IMG/VR virus record: IMGVR_UViG_3300015607_004160
DNA length: 64,000 nt
Reading direction: 5' to 3' (one strand)
From: a virus
Taxonomy: Duplodnaviria > Caudoviricetes
Position numbers and translations under genes: made by a program. This document shows positions 38,147 through 47,757 of this stretch, in pieces (position 1 is the stretch's first letter; each line of letters begins with the position of its first letter). The notes under the pieces were generated by a model. The model worked only from the letters and a program-made list of their open reading frames with translations. It was not told the origin of the DNA and made no database searches.

Positions 38147-39112
38147 TTGGAAATGCCAAAGAAAAAGAAGATAGAAATAATTGATGAATCAGAGGAAATG
38201 ATTAAAGAGGAATTAGAGGAAGTAATTGAAGACTTAGGTGAGGAAGAGTCAATTGAAATTGAAGAGTCTATAGAGGACGATCATGTTGATTCTGTTATAG
38301 AAATTGAAGATGACGATCTAATCTTTGATATAAAGGAAGAGGAATTTATTGAAGAAGATGATGAAGAAATTGATGATGAAGAAAAAGATGAGTCTAATGA
38401 TATAGTATTATCTAAACACACAATTGAAGGGAAACATAGCTTAAAATATGACTCTATCTTTAAGGGTAAAAAAGAAGAAACTCCCGATAATGAAGACTTT
38501 GATACCATGTTCTTTAATGAAAAATTTGAAGTAGATAAGGCCTCTCAATATTGGTTTGAATCCATTGATAATGAAAATTATACCAAAGAAAAAAGAGTTA
38601 AGGAAAAGGTATATGAGGTTCTATCCGCTCATACTGATATTAGTTTCCTAAATAATAGGAGAAAACCATCTAGAGTAGATTTCAATCACTATTATTATTT
38701 ATTGAAGACACATCTTAAAAAAGAAAATTTCACAAACATTGAATTGTTTAATGAACTATCCGTCTATTTTTCAGATAATTTGTTTAATATGTTTAAATTA
38801 TTAGACAACAAATGGAGAAATTTGATAATAAATGAATTACAGGATCATATCGGTAAGAAAAATTATTCAAATGAGGTTGTTCAAAGAAACATACACAAAG
38901 GAACTGAAATTGAATTTGAATGGCTTGACAATGATAATAAACTAAAGTTAATAACAGGAGTTGTTATTGAAGTTGATTATGAAATATTTGAGTATAAAGT
39001 TGATTCATATGAAAACATTTATTTAGTTACTATTGAAATAGTAACCAAAATATTAAATAATAGTAAATTTAAATACAACTTGAATAAACTCAATAATATT
39101 GACTTTTTATAA
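38147..39112 (+). CDS. hypothetical protein with highly acidic N-terminus
   Basis: About 85 aa Glu/Asp-rich N-terminal region. Confidence 0.75.
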   Translation: MEMPKKKKIEIIDESEEMIKEELEEVIEDLGEEESIEIEESIEDDHVDSVIEIEDDDLIFDIKEEEFIEEDDEEIDDEEKDESNDIVLSKHTIEGKHSLKYDSIFKGKKEETPDNEDFDTMFFNEKFEVDKASQYWFESIDNENYTKEKRVKEKVYEVLSAHTDISFLNNRRKPSRVDFNHYYYLLKTHLKKENFTNIELFNELSVYFSDNLFNMFKLLDNKWRNLIINELQDHIGKKNYSNEVVQRNIHKGTEIEFEWLDNDNKLKLITGVVIEVDYEIFEYKVDSYENIYLVTIEIVTKILNNSKFKYNLNKLNNIDFL

Positions 39113-39259
39113 AAAAATCAATAAAAAGTGGTTGTAAAAAATTTTTGGTTTTTTATGATTGATGAAAAATATTAAAAAAATTCTTCAATATATAAAAAAC
39201 ACTTTAAGAAAAATATTAGCATTTCAAGCTAAAAAATAAAAAAAAATATAAAGATTTTT

Positions 39260-41767
39260 ATGAAGAAAAACAATACGAGCTTTATTAATGAAGCAAGTGA
39301 GGAAATCTATTTGCAAACCTATAAATTTCACGGAGATGAAAGTAGAAAGGCGGATGATGATATTAACGATACTCACTTCAGAGTAGCCAATGACCTAGCA
39401 CAAAATGAGGATAATAAAGAAAAGGTAACAAATGATTTTCTAACTATATTAGAAGATTTTTCTTTTATGCCCGGAGGAAGAATAACATCTAACGCAGGAA
39501 CTGGATTAAAAGGAACTACTTATATTAACTGCTTTGTTGACGGATTTACTGGTGAATCACAAGATTCCATGGAAGGAATTCTAGACACACTCAGAAGACA
39601 GGCATTAATATTAAAATCAGAAGGTGGGTATGGATTTAACTCTGATGTTATGAGGCCAAAGGGAGCTTATATCGGAGGTATCGGAAATGAATCCCCAGGC
39701 TCGGTGGAAATGTTAGATATGTGGGACACACAATCTGCAGTTATCACAAAAGGATCAGGAAAGAAAAGTAAGAAAGGAAAGCAAAAGATTAGAAAGGGCG
39801 CCCAAATGGTAACTAAAAGTGTTTGGCACCCAGATATTGAAGAATATATTACTGTTAAACAAACTGAGAACAAATTAACTAAATTCAACATGTCTATCCT
39901 TTGTGATGACGATTTTATGAACGCAGTTAAACACAACAAACCTTGGAACTTAAAATTTCCTGATTTTGAAAATTGTAAAGATCTTTATAATAAAGAATGG
40001 GATGGTAATATCAGACTATGGGAAAGTAAAAACTATCCAGTAAAAATCTACAAAACATATGAAAATGCAAATGAGTTATGGGATTTAATTAGTAAATCTA
40101 CATATAATAGAAATGAACCTGGTGTTCTTTTCGTAGATACGATTAATAGATTAAATAATCTATGGTATTGTGAGTATATTAATGCTACTAACCCATGTGG
40201 AGAACAAATATTACCTATTGGCGGTGTTTGTTTATTAGGTAGCCTAAACTTAGCTCAGTTTATAAATGATAACAGAGAATTTGACTTTGAAAAGTTCAAA
40301 AACTTTATCCCTAAAGCTGTTAGAATGATGGATAATGTGAATGATATCTCATACGTTCCATTAGATTCACAAAAAGTAAATCTTCAGAACAAAAGAAGAA
40401 TTGGACTTGGAATAATGGGATATGGTAGTGCTCTTTTAATGATGGGATTAAAATATGGTTCTGAAAAAGCACTTAAATTTACAGATGAGGTTATGTCTTG
40501 TTTAGCTAACACAGCTTATCAGGCTTCTGCTTTCTTAGCTAAGGAAAAAGGTGCATTTCCTTTATATGACGAAGATAAATATCTACAATCTAAATTTATT
40601 CAAAATGTATTGAGTGATGAGACTAAAGCGTTAATTAAAAAACATGGTATCAGAAATAGCCACTTATTAAGTATTCAACCAACTGGTAACTCAAGCTTCT
40701 TTGGAAACAATGTTAGTGGTGGTGGAGAACCTATTTTCTTATTTGATTATATCAGAACAGCTATTCAACCATTTGCTCCAGAAGGATTGGATGTTCCAAA
40801 AAACATTGACTTTTCAAATAAAACTTATGATAGTACAACTGAATGGAAATGGAAAAAAGAAGGCGACGAAAATATGCTGTGGACAGAGTTTAACGGGGTA
40901 ATATGGAAGTATGACAAAAATAGAGGGCTTCTTAAAGAAATTAAAGTAGAAGATTATGGTGTATGGTGGCTAAGACAAAGAGGATTATGGGATGAAAATG
41001 CAGATTATTCTGTAAATGCTTATAAATTAACTGTTGACGACCACGTTAAAACTATGGAGGTATTAGCTAAATACTTAGATAGTGCGATGTCTAAAACAAT
41101 TAATCTTCCAGAAAATTATCCATATGAAGATTTTAAGAGTGTTTATTTTAAATGCTGGGAAACTGGTGTAATTAAAGGATGTACTACTTATAGAGATGGT
41201 ACGATGGCAGCAGTTCTATCAAAATCTTCAACTACAGAGATAAATGAGAATGAATTTCACTATCATAACGCTCCAAAAAGACCAAAAGAATTACCATGTG
41301 ATGTATTTAAAATTACAGCTAAAGGTAAAAAATGGACAGTTATTGTTGGATTATATGATGACAAGCCATATGAATGTTTTGGTGTTGAACACGATGTTAC
41401 GGAAATTCCTGAAAACTTTAAAAGAGGTTTACTTGTAAAAGAAGGAAAGGGTAGTTACACATTAAAAAATGAGAAATATACTATCAATGATGTTACAGCT
41501 AATATGACTGATGAAGAAGAATCATTAACAAGAATGATATCAACGGCTTTAAGACACGGATCTTCTATCGATTTTATTGTTGATCAGTTAAATAAATCAA
41601 ATGGTACAGTAGTTAGCTTCAATAAAGCAATCGCTAGAGTTCTTTCCAAATATGCTAAAGAACTTAGTGAATCTAAAAAGAAATGTGAGGAATGTGGTGG
41701 AATAAATATAGCATTTGAAGAAGGATGTTTTAAATGTTATGATTGTTCTCATAGCAAGTGTCAGTAA
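39260..41767 (+). CDS. nrdJ: ribonucleotide reductase, class II (AdoCbl-dependent) type
   Basis: PGGRI, NC, TNPCGEQ, QPTG, SKTIN, YRDG; C-terminal RPKELPC domain and Cys ribbon. Confidence 0.85.
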   Translation: MKKNNTSFINEASEEIYLQTYKFHGDESRKADDDINDTHFRVANDLAQNEDNKEKVTNDFLTILEDFSFMPGGRITSNAGTGLKGTTYINCFVDGFTGESQDSMEGILDTLRRQALILKSEGGYGFNSDVMRPKGAYIGGIGNESPGSVEMLDMWDTQSAVITKGSGKKSKKGKQKIRKGAQMVTKSVWHPDIEEYITVKQTENKLTKFNMSILCDDDFMNAVKHNKPWNLKFPDFENCKDLYNKEWDGNIRLWESKNYPVKIYKTYENANELWDLISKSTYNRNEPGVLFVDTINRLNNLWYCEYINATNPCGEQILPIGGVCLLGSLNLAQFINDNREFDFEKFKNFIPKAVRMMDNVNDISYVPLDSQKVNLQNKRRIGLGIMGYGSALLMMGLKYGSEKALKFTDEVMSCLANTAYQASAFLAKEKGAFPLYDEDKYLQSKFIQNVLSDETKALIKKHGIRNSHLLSIQPTGNSSFFGNNVSGGGEPIFLFDYIRTAIQPFAPEGLDVPKNIDFSNKTYDSTTEWKWKKEGDENMLWTEFNGVIWKYDKNRGLLKEIKVEDYGVWWLRQRGLWDENADYSVNAYKLTVDDHVKTMEVLAKYLDSAMSKTINLPENYPYEDFKSVYFKCWETGVIKGCTTYRDGTMAAVLSKSSTTEINENEFHYHNAPKRPKELPCDVFKITAKGKKWTVIVGLYDDKPYECFGVEHDVTEIPENFKRGLLVKEGKGSYTLKNEKYTINDVTANMTDEEESLTRMISTALRHGSSIDFIVDQLNKSNGTVVSFNKAIARVLSKYAKELSESKKKCEECGGINIAFEEGCFKCYDCSHSKCQ

Positions 41768-41826
41768 TAAATAAATCAATCACATCATTTACAACAACGT
41801 AGAAACCATATTCTAATATATAGAAT

Positions 41827-42534
41827 ATGGTTTCTTGTTTTATATGTAAAGTAGAATTTATTAATAACAATGGCGGTCAGCTCACTAATCACATAAAAAA
41901 ACATCATAATATCAATCTAGTGGATTATGTTATTTTAACAGAATATAATAATATTCCACCAAAATGTAAATGTGGATTATGTGATGAAGTTCCGCATTTA
42001 TATAGAGGTAAATTTTTAAACTATGCTAAAGGACATGATGGGTTTAAATTTAAAGAAAATGAATATATTAAAAAATATGGTATTCCGAAATGCAAAAAAT
42101 GTGATAAGGAGGTGGGATTTTATCGTGGAAGTCCAAATAAATATTGTAAATGTAGACCAAGATACAAATCAATTAATGGTGAAATTTTTGAATGGGGAAG
42201 GCTAATTATAAATAAGAGATATAAAAAAACAAACATTTTATATCAAAGCAGCTATGAATATGATTTTTTAAAATTTTGTGAAGAAAATAATGTTCTACAT
42301 CTGGTATCAAGATCTCCATCATTTAAATACTTAAATAGTAAATCACATCATTTTCCAGATTTTCTATTTAATGATGAATATGTTATAGAAATAAAATCAA
42401 AGTGGATATTAGATTTACAAGGTGGAATGGATATTATACAAGAAAAGATTAAATCAATCGGATCCAAATATAAATATTTACTTATATTAGACAAAGATTA
42501 TTATAAATTTAATAAAATTTTAAAAGGTGTATAA
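41827..42534 (+). CDS. putative homing endonuclease (Zn finger + PD-(D/E)xK)
   Basis: CxxC..H..H, CKCG, SSYE, FPDF..IEIKS; TAATATATA at 41814-41822. Confidence 0.65.
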   Translation: MVSCFICKVEFINNNGGQLTNHIKKHHNINLVDYVILTEYNNIPPKCKCGLCDEVPHLYRGKFLNYAKGHDGFKFKENEYIKKYGIPKCKKCDKEVGFYRGSPNKYCKCRPRYKSINGEIFEWGRLIINKRYKKTNILYQSSYEYDFLKFCEENNVLHLVSRSPSFKYLNSKSHHFPDFLFNDEYVIEIKSKWILDLQGGMDIIQEKIKSIGSKYKYLLILDKDYYKFNKILKGV

Positions 42535-42967
42535 ATTTATAATCAAATCTGGTCCGTGTTGTATGTCACTTGAGTTTCATGGTGATATTATTTTATTTAT
42601 AGGAGATAAGGATAGATTCATTTATTATATTGAGGTAGATAAAAAAACGTCAATTAATATTAAAAATAGTATAAAAATTACTACATCAAGTATAATACTC
42701 TCTAAAGGTATAGAAGATCCAAATAGATATTTTTTACAAATAAGAGGTGGTTTTTCATATATTGATTGTGATAAGGCTATTGAATCAATTTATTATATCA
42801 CATCTCATAAAAATAAAAGAGATATAAATAGTGATAAATATCATTCAAAAAATTATAGAGATTTGTGTAAATCAATAGAGGTTTATGATGACCATAATGT
42901 AAAAATTACTACCGAAGATGAATGGGAAAAATTTATAAGAGATATAAAGTTGAAATCACTAGTTTAG
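42527..42967 (+). CDS. hypothetical protein with C-terminal RDxK-type motif
   Basis: Ends IRDIKLKSLV. Confidence 0.65.
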   Translation: MYKFIIKSGPCCMSLEFHGDIILFIGDKDRFIYYIEVDKKTSINIKNSIKITTSSIILSKGIEDPNRYFLQIRGGFSYIDCDKAIESIYYITSHKNKRDINSDKYHSKNYRDLCKSIEVYDDHNVKITTEDEWEKFIRDIKLKSLV

Positions 42968-43011
42968 GATAATCTTTTTAATTAGTTAAAATAAAATCGT
43001 ATCTTTGTAGT

Positions 43012-43368
43012 ATGTATAATAGAGGAGAAATAAGAAAAATCGTAGAACAATACGTTATTACAGATGATGGAGTTACTCACATATCTGATATGTTAGAAGA
43101 AATTCAAAATCGTATGTTTTCTATAATTAAAGATACTCACTATTATACCCCGGATAAATATACTCAAAGTAGAGCGGGTCAAAGAAGTTCTAAATTTGTT
43201 GAGTTATGTGCCTCTGAAAAGTGGGAAGATGCTTTATCAATGGCCGACTATATGAATAAGACAATTCTAGAAAAAACTCCTTGTTTTCAAAATTTTGTCA
43301 AGTCAATCAAAGAATCATCAGATTATATTTCAACTACAAGAGAAATGAAGTTAAGATTTATACTTTAA
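43012..43368 (+). CDS. hypothetical protein with C-terminal RDxK-type motif
   Basis: TATCTTTG at 43000-43007; ends TREMKLRFIL. Confidence 0.7.
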   Translation: MYNRGEIRKIVEQYVITDDGVTHISDMLEEIQNRMFSIIKDTHYYTPDKYTQSRAGQRSSKFVELCASEKWEDALSMADYMNKTILEKTPCFQNFVKSIKESSDYISTTREMKLRFIL

Positions 43369-44179
43369 ATTTCTTATTTGTGATAATCATCTTAGCATGT
43401 GTTTTCTTATTTATATCAATTCCAAAATCATTTTTAAATTGACTTGGTAGATGTGGAAGTAGGAAACTCTCTTGATAGGTTATCTGATATCCAGTTGGTA
43501 TAAGAGCATATAGTTCTTCCAACATTAAAGGGAAATAGTTTTCTTCTACTTCTCTATTCCAATTTTCAACATATTTATATTTCAATAGTAAGTGCATTAG
43601 AGACTTATAATCTTTAATTTCTCCCCATACATTTTCATATGAGTTTATTAAATGTGGATCAATATTTTTTCTAACACTCGAAATATCATTACTAAAATTC
43701 GCCATATTATTATTTATTTGAATAGAAGGCATCATATCTCTAATACAAATCCATTTAAATATTCCGGAAAATATATGATCCCAAAATTTATCAATATCAG
43801 ATTGATTTGAGTATGAATAAACTTCATGTATAACAGATGATAATAAAATAGCAGGCCTGCTATATTTAGCAACTTCTTTAACTACTTCATCCCAATCAGA
43901 TGTTAAAAAAGCATCGTCTAAATGTGATTTAGCAATAGATAACATTTTTTCATCTGGTTCATATCCGATAAGCTTAATACCAGGTTTTTTATTTTTTACT
44001 TTAACTAATATAGAGCCATCAGCACATCCGAAGTCAACAATCACATCAGGATTGATTTTATTTAAAAAAAATAGTTTGTCTTCCCATCCGACTTCCATTC
44101 TTTTATTATAAATATCAATATTAAAAATTGGTATTTCACCTATTGATTCGAGGAACTGTTCCCATCTAAGTATATTCAT
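43358..44179 (-). CDS. class I SAM-dependent methyltransferase, CTS-like N-terminus
   Basis: VDFGCADG, SSVIHEV; likely start MNILRWEQFLES. Confidence 0.8.
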   Translation of the reverse strand: MNILRWEQFLESIGEIPIFNIDIYNKRMEVGWEDKLFFLNKINPDVIVDFGCADGSILVKVKNKKPGIKLIGYEPDEKMLSIAKSHLDDAFLTSDWDEVVKEVAKYSRPAILLSSVIHEVYSYSNQSDIDKFWDHIFSGIFKWICIRDMMPSIQINNNMANFSNDISSVRKNIDPHLINSYENVWGEIKDYKSLMHLLLKYKYVENWNREVEENYFPLMLEELYALIPTGYQITYQESFLLPHLPSQFKNDFGIDINKKTHAKMIITNKKFKV

Positions 44180-44200
44180 AAATTTGGGCAAAACGGTTTA

Positions 44201-44212
44201 TAATATATATTA
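44201..44212. promoter_or_regulatory. bidirectional TAATATATA promoter
   Basis: Palindrome TAATATATATTA between divergent genes. Confidence 0.6.
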
Positions 44213-44229
44213 AAAATATTAAATTATAA

Positions 44230-44997
44230 ATGGGTTTGTTAGAGATATTAAAAGGTTTATTAGTAGAAACAAAAGTTATTGAAGTAAAAAAACTTCCATC
44301 ACAAGCACTATTTTATAAAGAAGATTTTTCTATTAAAATAAAAAAAGCTGAAATCGAGGATATTATTGCTTATGAATATAACTATGTAGAAAATAATATA
44401 ATATCGGCTCTTGAATGTATTAAGATGATAGTTAATAGAAATGTAATATTAACTGACCCATATTCATATAAAGATATTAAAAGCGTAGATATTATATTTA
44501 TATTTTTAGAAATTGTAAAATTTACAACTAGTAAGGAAATTAAAATCCCATATGTCAATAGGTTAGGTATAGAAGAGTCTATTAACTTTGACATTGATCA
44601 CTTTAATTATTTTAATTTTTCTAATTACATGAAAAACTATGATTCAGAGACTAGAGAAATTGTGTTAGATGGATATAGATTCTCTTTACCATCAATAGGA
44701 GTAGAAACTTCATTAACCCAATATTTATCAACAAAGTCAGAGAAAAAGGAAATCGAAGATCTAAATAAGGTTTCTTATGATTTTATGTTTTTCCTAGGTG
44801 GAAAAGATAAATTAGAGTTCTCTGAAATAGATAATCTAATTCAGATATTCAACTATGATTTAGAGGATAGTGAAATATCAAAAATTAGAAAGATTGTAGG
44901 AAAATTTAAAGGAATTGTTGGATATTCTTTAGTTATAGATGGTGATCCAATAGAAATCAAGACCAAGATAAATTTACAGGATATTTGGAAAATCTAA
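44230..44997 (+). CDS. possible baseplate hub assembly protein (T4 gp26/gp51-like)
   Basis: N-terminal LPS..FY pattern; D..FIFL.I. Confidence 0.45.
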   Translation: MGLLEILKGLLVETKVIEVKKLPSQALFYKEDFSIKIKKAEIEDIIAYEYNYVENNIISALECIKMIVNRNVILTDPYSYKDIKSVDIIFIFLEIVKFTTSKEIKIPYVNRLGIEESINFDIDHFNYFNFSNYMKNYDSETREIVLDGYRFSLPSIGVETSLTQYLSTKSEKKEIEDLNKVSYDFMFFLGGKDKLEFSEIDNLIQIFNYDLEDSEISKIRKIVGKFKGIVGYSLVIDGDPIEIKTKINLQDIWKI

Positions 44998-44998
44998 A

Positions 44999-45475
44999 CT
45001 ATCTATTCATTAAATATTCCTTTTTATTTTTAATAAAATTTTCAAATCCAAAAATATCATCACAAACAAAATGTGTTTCTACAGGTACGATACTATCGTT
45101 ATAATTTATAATACTGCAAAATATCCAATTATCATCATAAAAATCAACAATTAATAATTTTCTATTTGATTTCTCTCTCTCTTTATAGCTCATGTGTGTT
45201 TTATCACTATACATATGGCAATATAATTGTTTAAATTCTGGTCTCCATTTTAAATTTACTATTTTGTTATTTAGATATTTTTCTAATATATCTTTAACTT
45301 GTTCAAGTATGATGTCTTGCGGGTTAATACGCTTTCTGCCATCCCTAAAATGATCCCAAGAGTTAAATGTTAGATGAGTGTATGCTGATGTTCCATCAAA
45401 CTCCAACCAACCATCTGCATTAAAATTATCAGCAAATGATTCAAAAAATTTATTAAAGGCATATAAATGTTTCAT
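44999..45475 (-). CDS. hypothetical protein, CTS-like N-terminus, DNW..CDD domain
   Basis: Likely start MKHLYAFNKFFES; DDNWIF..FVCDDIFGF. Confidence 0.7.
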   Translation of the reverse strand: MKHLYAFNKFFESFADNFNADGWLEFDGTSAYTHLTFNSWDHFRDGRKRINPQDIILEQVKDILEKYLNNKIVNLKWRPEFKQLYCHMYSDKTHMSYKEREKSNRKLLIVDFYDDNWIFCSIINYNDSIVPVETHFVCDDIFGFENFIKNKKEYLMNR

Positions 45476-45477
45476 AG

Positions 45478-45918
45478 TTATATCATATAAATGGTTATTG
45501 ACCAATACGACTTTCGTAGGTTAGGCATTTCTCTATTTAAACTTAAATTTGTAAGCTTTTTAATTCTATCCATACACTTATTAAAATCATCATTTATAGA
45601 TTCTCTCCATTTGTCACCTAATTCAGGCATTTTACCCGCATTATGTCCTTGTATGAAAAATTCTTTTTCTCTATGCTCTTTAGGAATAAGATCAATTCGA
45701 TAACACTCTTTTATGTCAACTCTTTCACCATTTTCTTTAGCCATTTTTAATAGTTCTGGTAACATTTTAGTAGTGATATAATTATCATTAGCTAAGTGTC
45801 CCTTTTCTACACTAACATCCAAATTATATTCATCACAAAATTCCAGAAAGCAATCTTCAATTATCTCAATTATAGAGTTTGTATTCTCTAATATAAATTG
45901 TTCAAATTTTTTAATCAT
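45478..45918 (-). CDS. hypothetical protein, CTS-like N-terminus
   Basis: MIKKFEQFILEN; IEDCFLEFCD. Confidence 0.7.
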   Translation of the reverse strand: MIKKFEQFILENTNSIIEIIEDCFLEFCDEYNLDVSVEKGHLANDNYITTKMLPELLKMAKENGERVDIKECYRIDLIPKEHREKEFFIQGHNAGKMPELGDKWRESINDDFNKCMDRIKKLTNLSLNREMPNLRKSYWSITIYMI

Positions 45919-45974
45919 ATAATTTATTACTTATTTTTAAAAATAATTTAGACATACACTCATCAATATGGCAA

Positions 45975-46289
45975 TTATACATATTTTTTAACATCTAAAT
46001 TTTCTTTAACCGATATATCGAAATACTTTTTAATTAAATGTGCCAATTTTTCATTAATTGTCCTACTAGCTACCAATCTTAATGATGAGAAATCTGATCC
46101 AGAATTTTCTATTCTATCCCATATATATTCAAAAACCGAAATAAATATTAATTTTTCATACTCAACATCTTCTTGATCTATATTCAATCCAAATTCTTTG
46201 GTCCTTTTTACTTCATTATCTATTATAGATGAAATAAATTTATCTCTTTTAAAGGTAAATTTTCTATATTTCTTAAAAAGGTAGTTCAT
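45975..46289 (-). CDS. hypothetical protein
   Basis: 104-aa ORF. Confidence 0.6.
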   Translation of the reverse strand: MNYLFKKYRKFTFKRDKFISSIIDNEVKRTKEFGLNIDQEDVEYEKLIFISVFEYIWDRIENSGSDFSSLRLVASRTINEKLAHLIKKYFDISVKENLDVKKYV

Positions 46290-46308
46290 GACACATTATA
46301 TATAAATT

Positions 46309-47025
46309 ATGGTAAACCAGATTATTAATGGTGACTGTTTTGATGTACTTCCTACAATAGAAAATAATTCTATAGATTTAATACTCACCGATCCACCATA
46401 TATAATTTCAAAAAAATCATTTTTTGAAGGCGGTGCTGAAAATATTAAATTCAGTAATATTAATTTAGATTTTGGTGAATGGGATAAAGAAGAAATAAAT
46501 TTAAATTTACTGTTCAAGCACTACAAACGAATTCTCAAAAAAGGCGGAACGTTGATAATATTTTATGATATATGGAAATCAAATAAAATAAAAGAAGCAG
46601 CTGAGAATAATGGATTTAAACAACCAAGAATAGGTCAATGGGTCAAAAATAATCCAACCCCGATTAATTCAAAGGTAAATTATTTATCTAATGCAATTGA
46701 ATATTTTTTCACTTTTGTTAAAGGAGGTAATCCAACATTCAATTCATCATATGATAAAGGTATTTATAATTACCCATTGTGTCATGGAAAAGAAAGAACA
46801 AAACATCCTACTCAAAAGCCGATCGGCTTAATAAAAGATATAATCCTTAAACATACAAATGAAAATGATATAGTATTAGATACATTTGGTGGATCTGGAA
46901 CACTCGCAGTAGCATGTAAGGAATCAAATAGGAATTATATCATAATTGAAAAGGATAAAGAGTATTATGATATATCTCTATCCAGAATTAATATATATTC
47001 TAATGAGATGGATAAAAACATATGA
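46309..47025 (+). CDS. N6-adenine/N4-cytosine DNA methyltransferase (beta class)
   Basis: DPPY precedes HPTQKP and DTFGGSGT. Confidence 0.9.
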   Translation: MVNQIINGDCFDVLPTIENNSIDLILTDPPYIISKKSFFEGGAENIKFSNINLDFGEWDKEEINLNLLFKHYKRILKKGGTLIIFYDIWKSNKIKEAAENNGFKQPRIGQWVKNNPTPINSKVNYLSNAIEYFFTFVKGGNPTFNSSYDKGIYNYPLCHGKERTKHPTQKPIGLIKDIILKHTNENDIVLDTFGGSGTLAVACKESNRNYIIIEKDKEYYDISLSRINIYSNEMDKNI

Positions 47026-47716
47026 AAATTTTAATAAAATATTTTCCTATAGACACGATAATGCTGTTAGGGGTTTGAAATCATTACAATATAAAATAGG
47101 TCCTGAACAAAGTATTGTAGTAGGTATTATAGATAAATTACAAAATGGAATAGAAATTACAGAAGAGGATAAAAAAGAACTAGATAGAATAGCGGAATAT
47201 GATAATCTATATAATGTTGTAGAGAAATGGTTAGGAGAAATATTTAATATTTTTAGAAAGCATTCGTTGATAGATATTGAAGATAGAATGGTTGAATTTT
47301 TTGACCAAATACCAAATTTTAAACCACATGTTATGTTTTCTATATCAAAAAAAGGATCTCACATAGGAGTAAGCTCTAACAAATTGAATAACAAAGATTA
47401 TTTTAAATGGGAAATAGGTCATATACTAAGAGATATGATGTATGAATGCGCAAAACCTTATAATAGAATATCTATAGATGAATATTTAACAATTAAAAAA
47501 CCTGCTATCTATATAACATTAAATCAAGGTAGTAATATAAATACTACTAAACAATATAATTTAGAGTTTTTAGAATCATTGGCGGATAGAATATACAATA
47601 GGATAAAACAATTGTATGATGTTAGTTCAATTTATTACGAACGAGAGAGGGAAGGAAGACAATATGATACGAATATTGACGTTGATGATTATAGTTTTGT
47701 AATATATCTAAATTAA
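47003..47716 (+). CDS. hypothetical protein, CTS-like N-terminus
   Basis: Start MRWIKTYENF behind TAATATATA (46989-46997); IEDRMVEFFD. Confidence 0.7.
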   Translation: MRWIKTYENFNKIFSYRHDNAVRGLKSLQYKIGPEQSIVVGIIDKLQNGIEITEEDKKELDRIAEYDNLYNVVEKWLGEIFNIFRKHSLIDIEDRMVEFFDQIPNFKPHVMFSISKKGSHIGVSSNKLNNKDYFKWEIGHILRDMMYECAKPYNRISIDEYLTIKKPAIYITLNQGSNINTTKQYNLEFLESLADRIYNRIKQLYDVSSIYYEREREGRQYDTNIDVDDYSFVIYLN

Positions 47717-47757
47717 AAGTTAGATTTTTAATATATATACAAAAGTTATATATTTTA

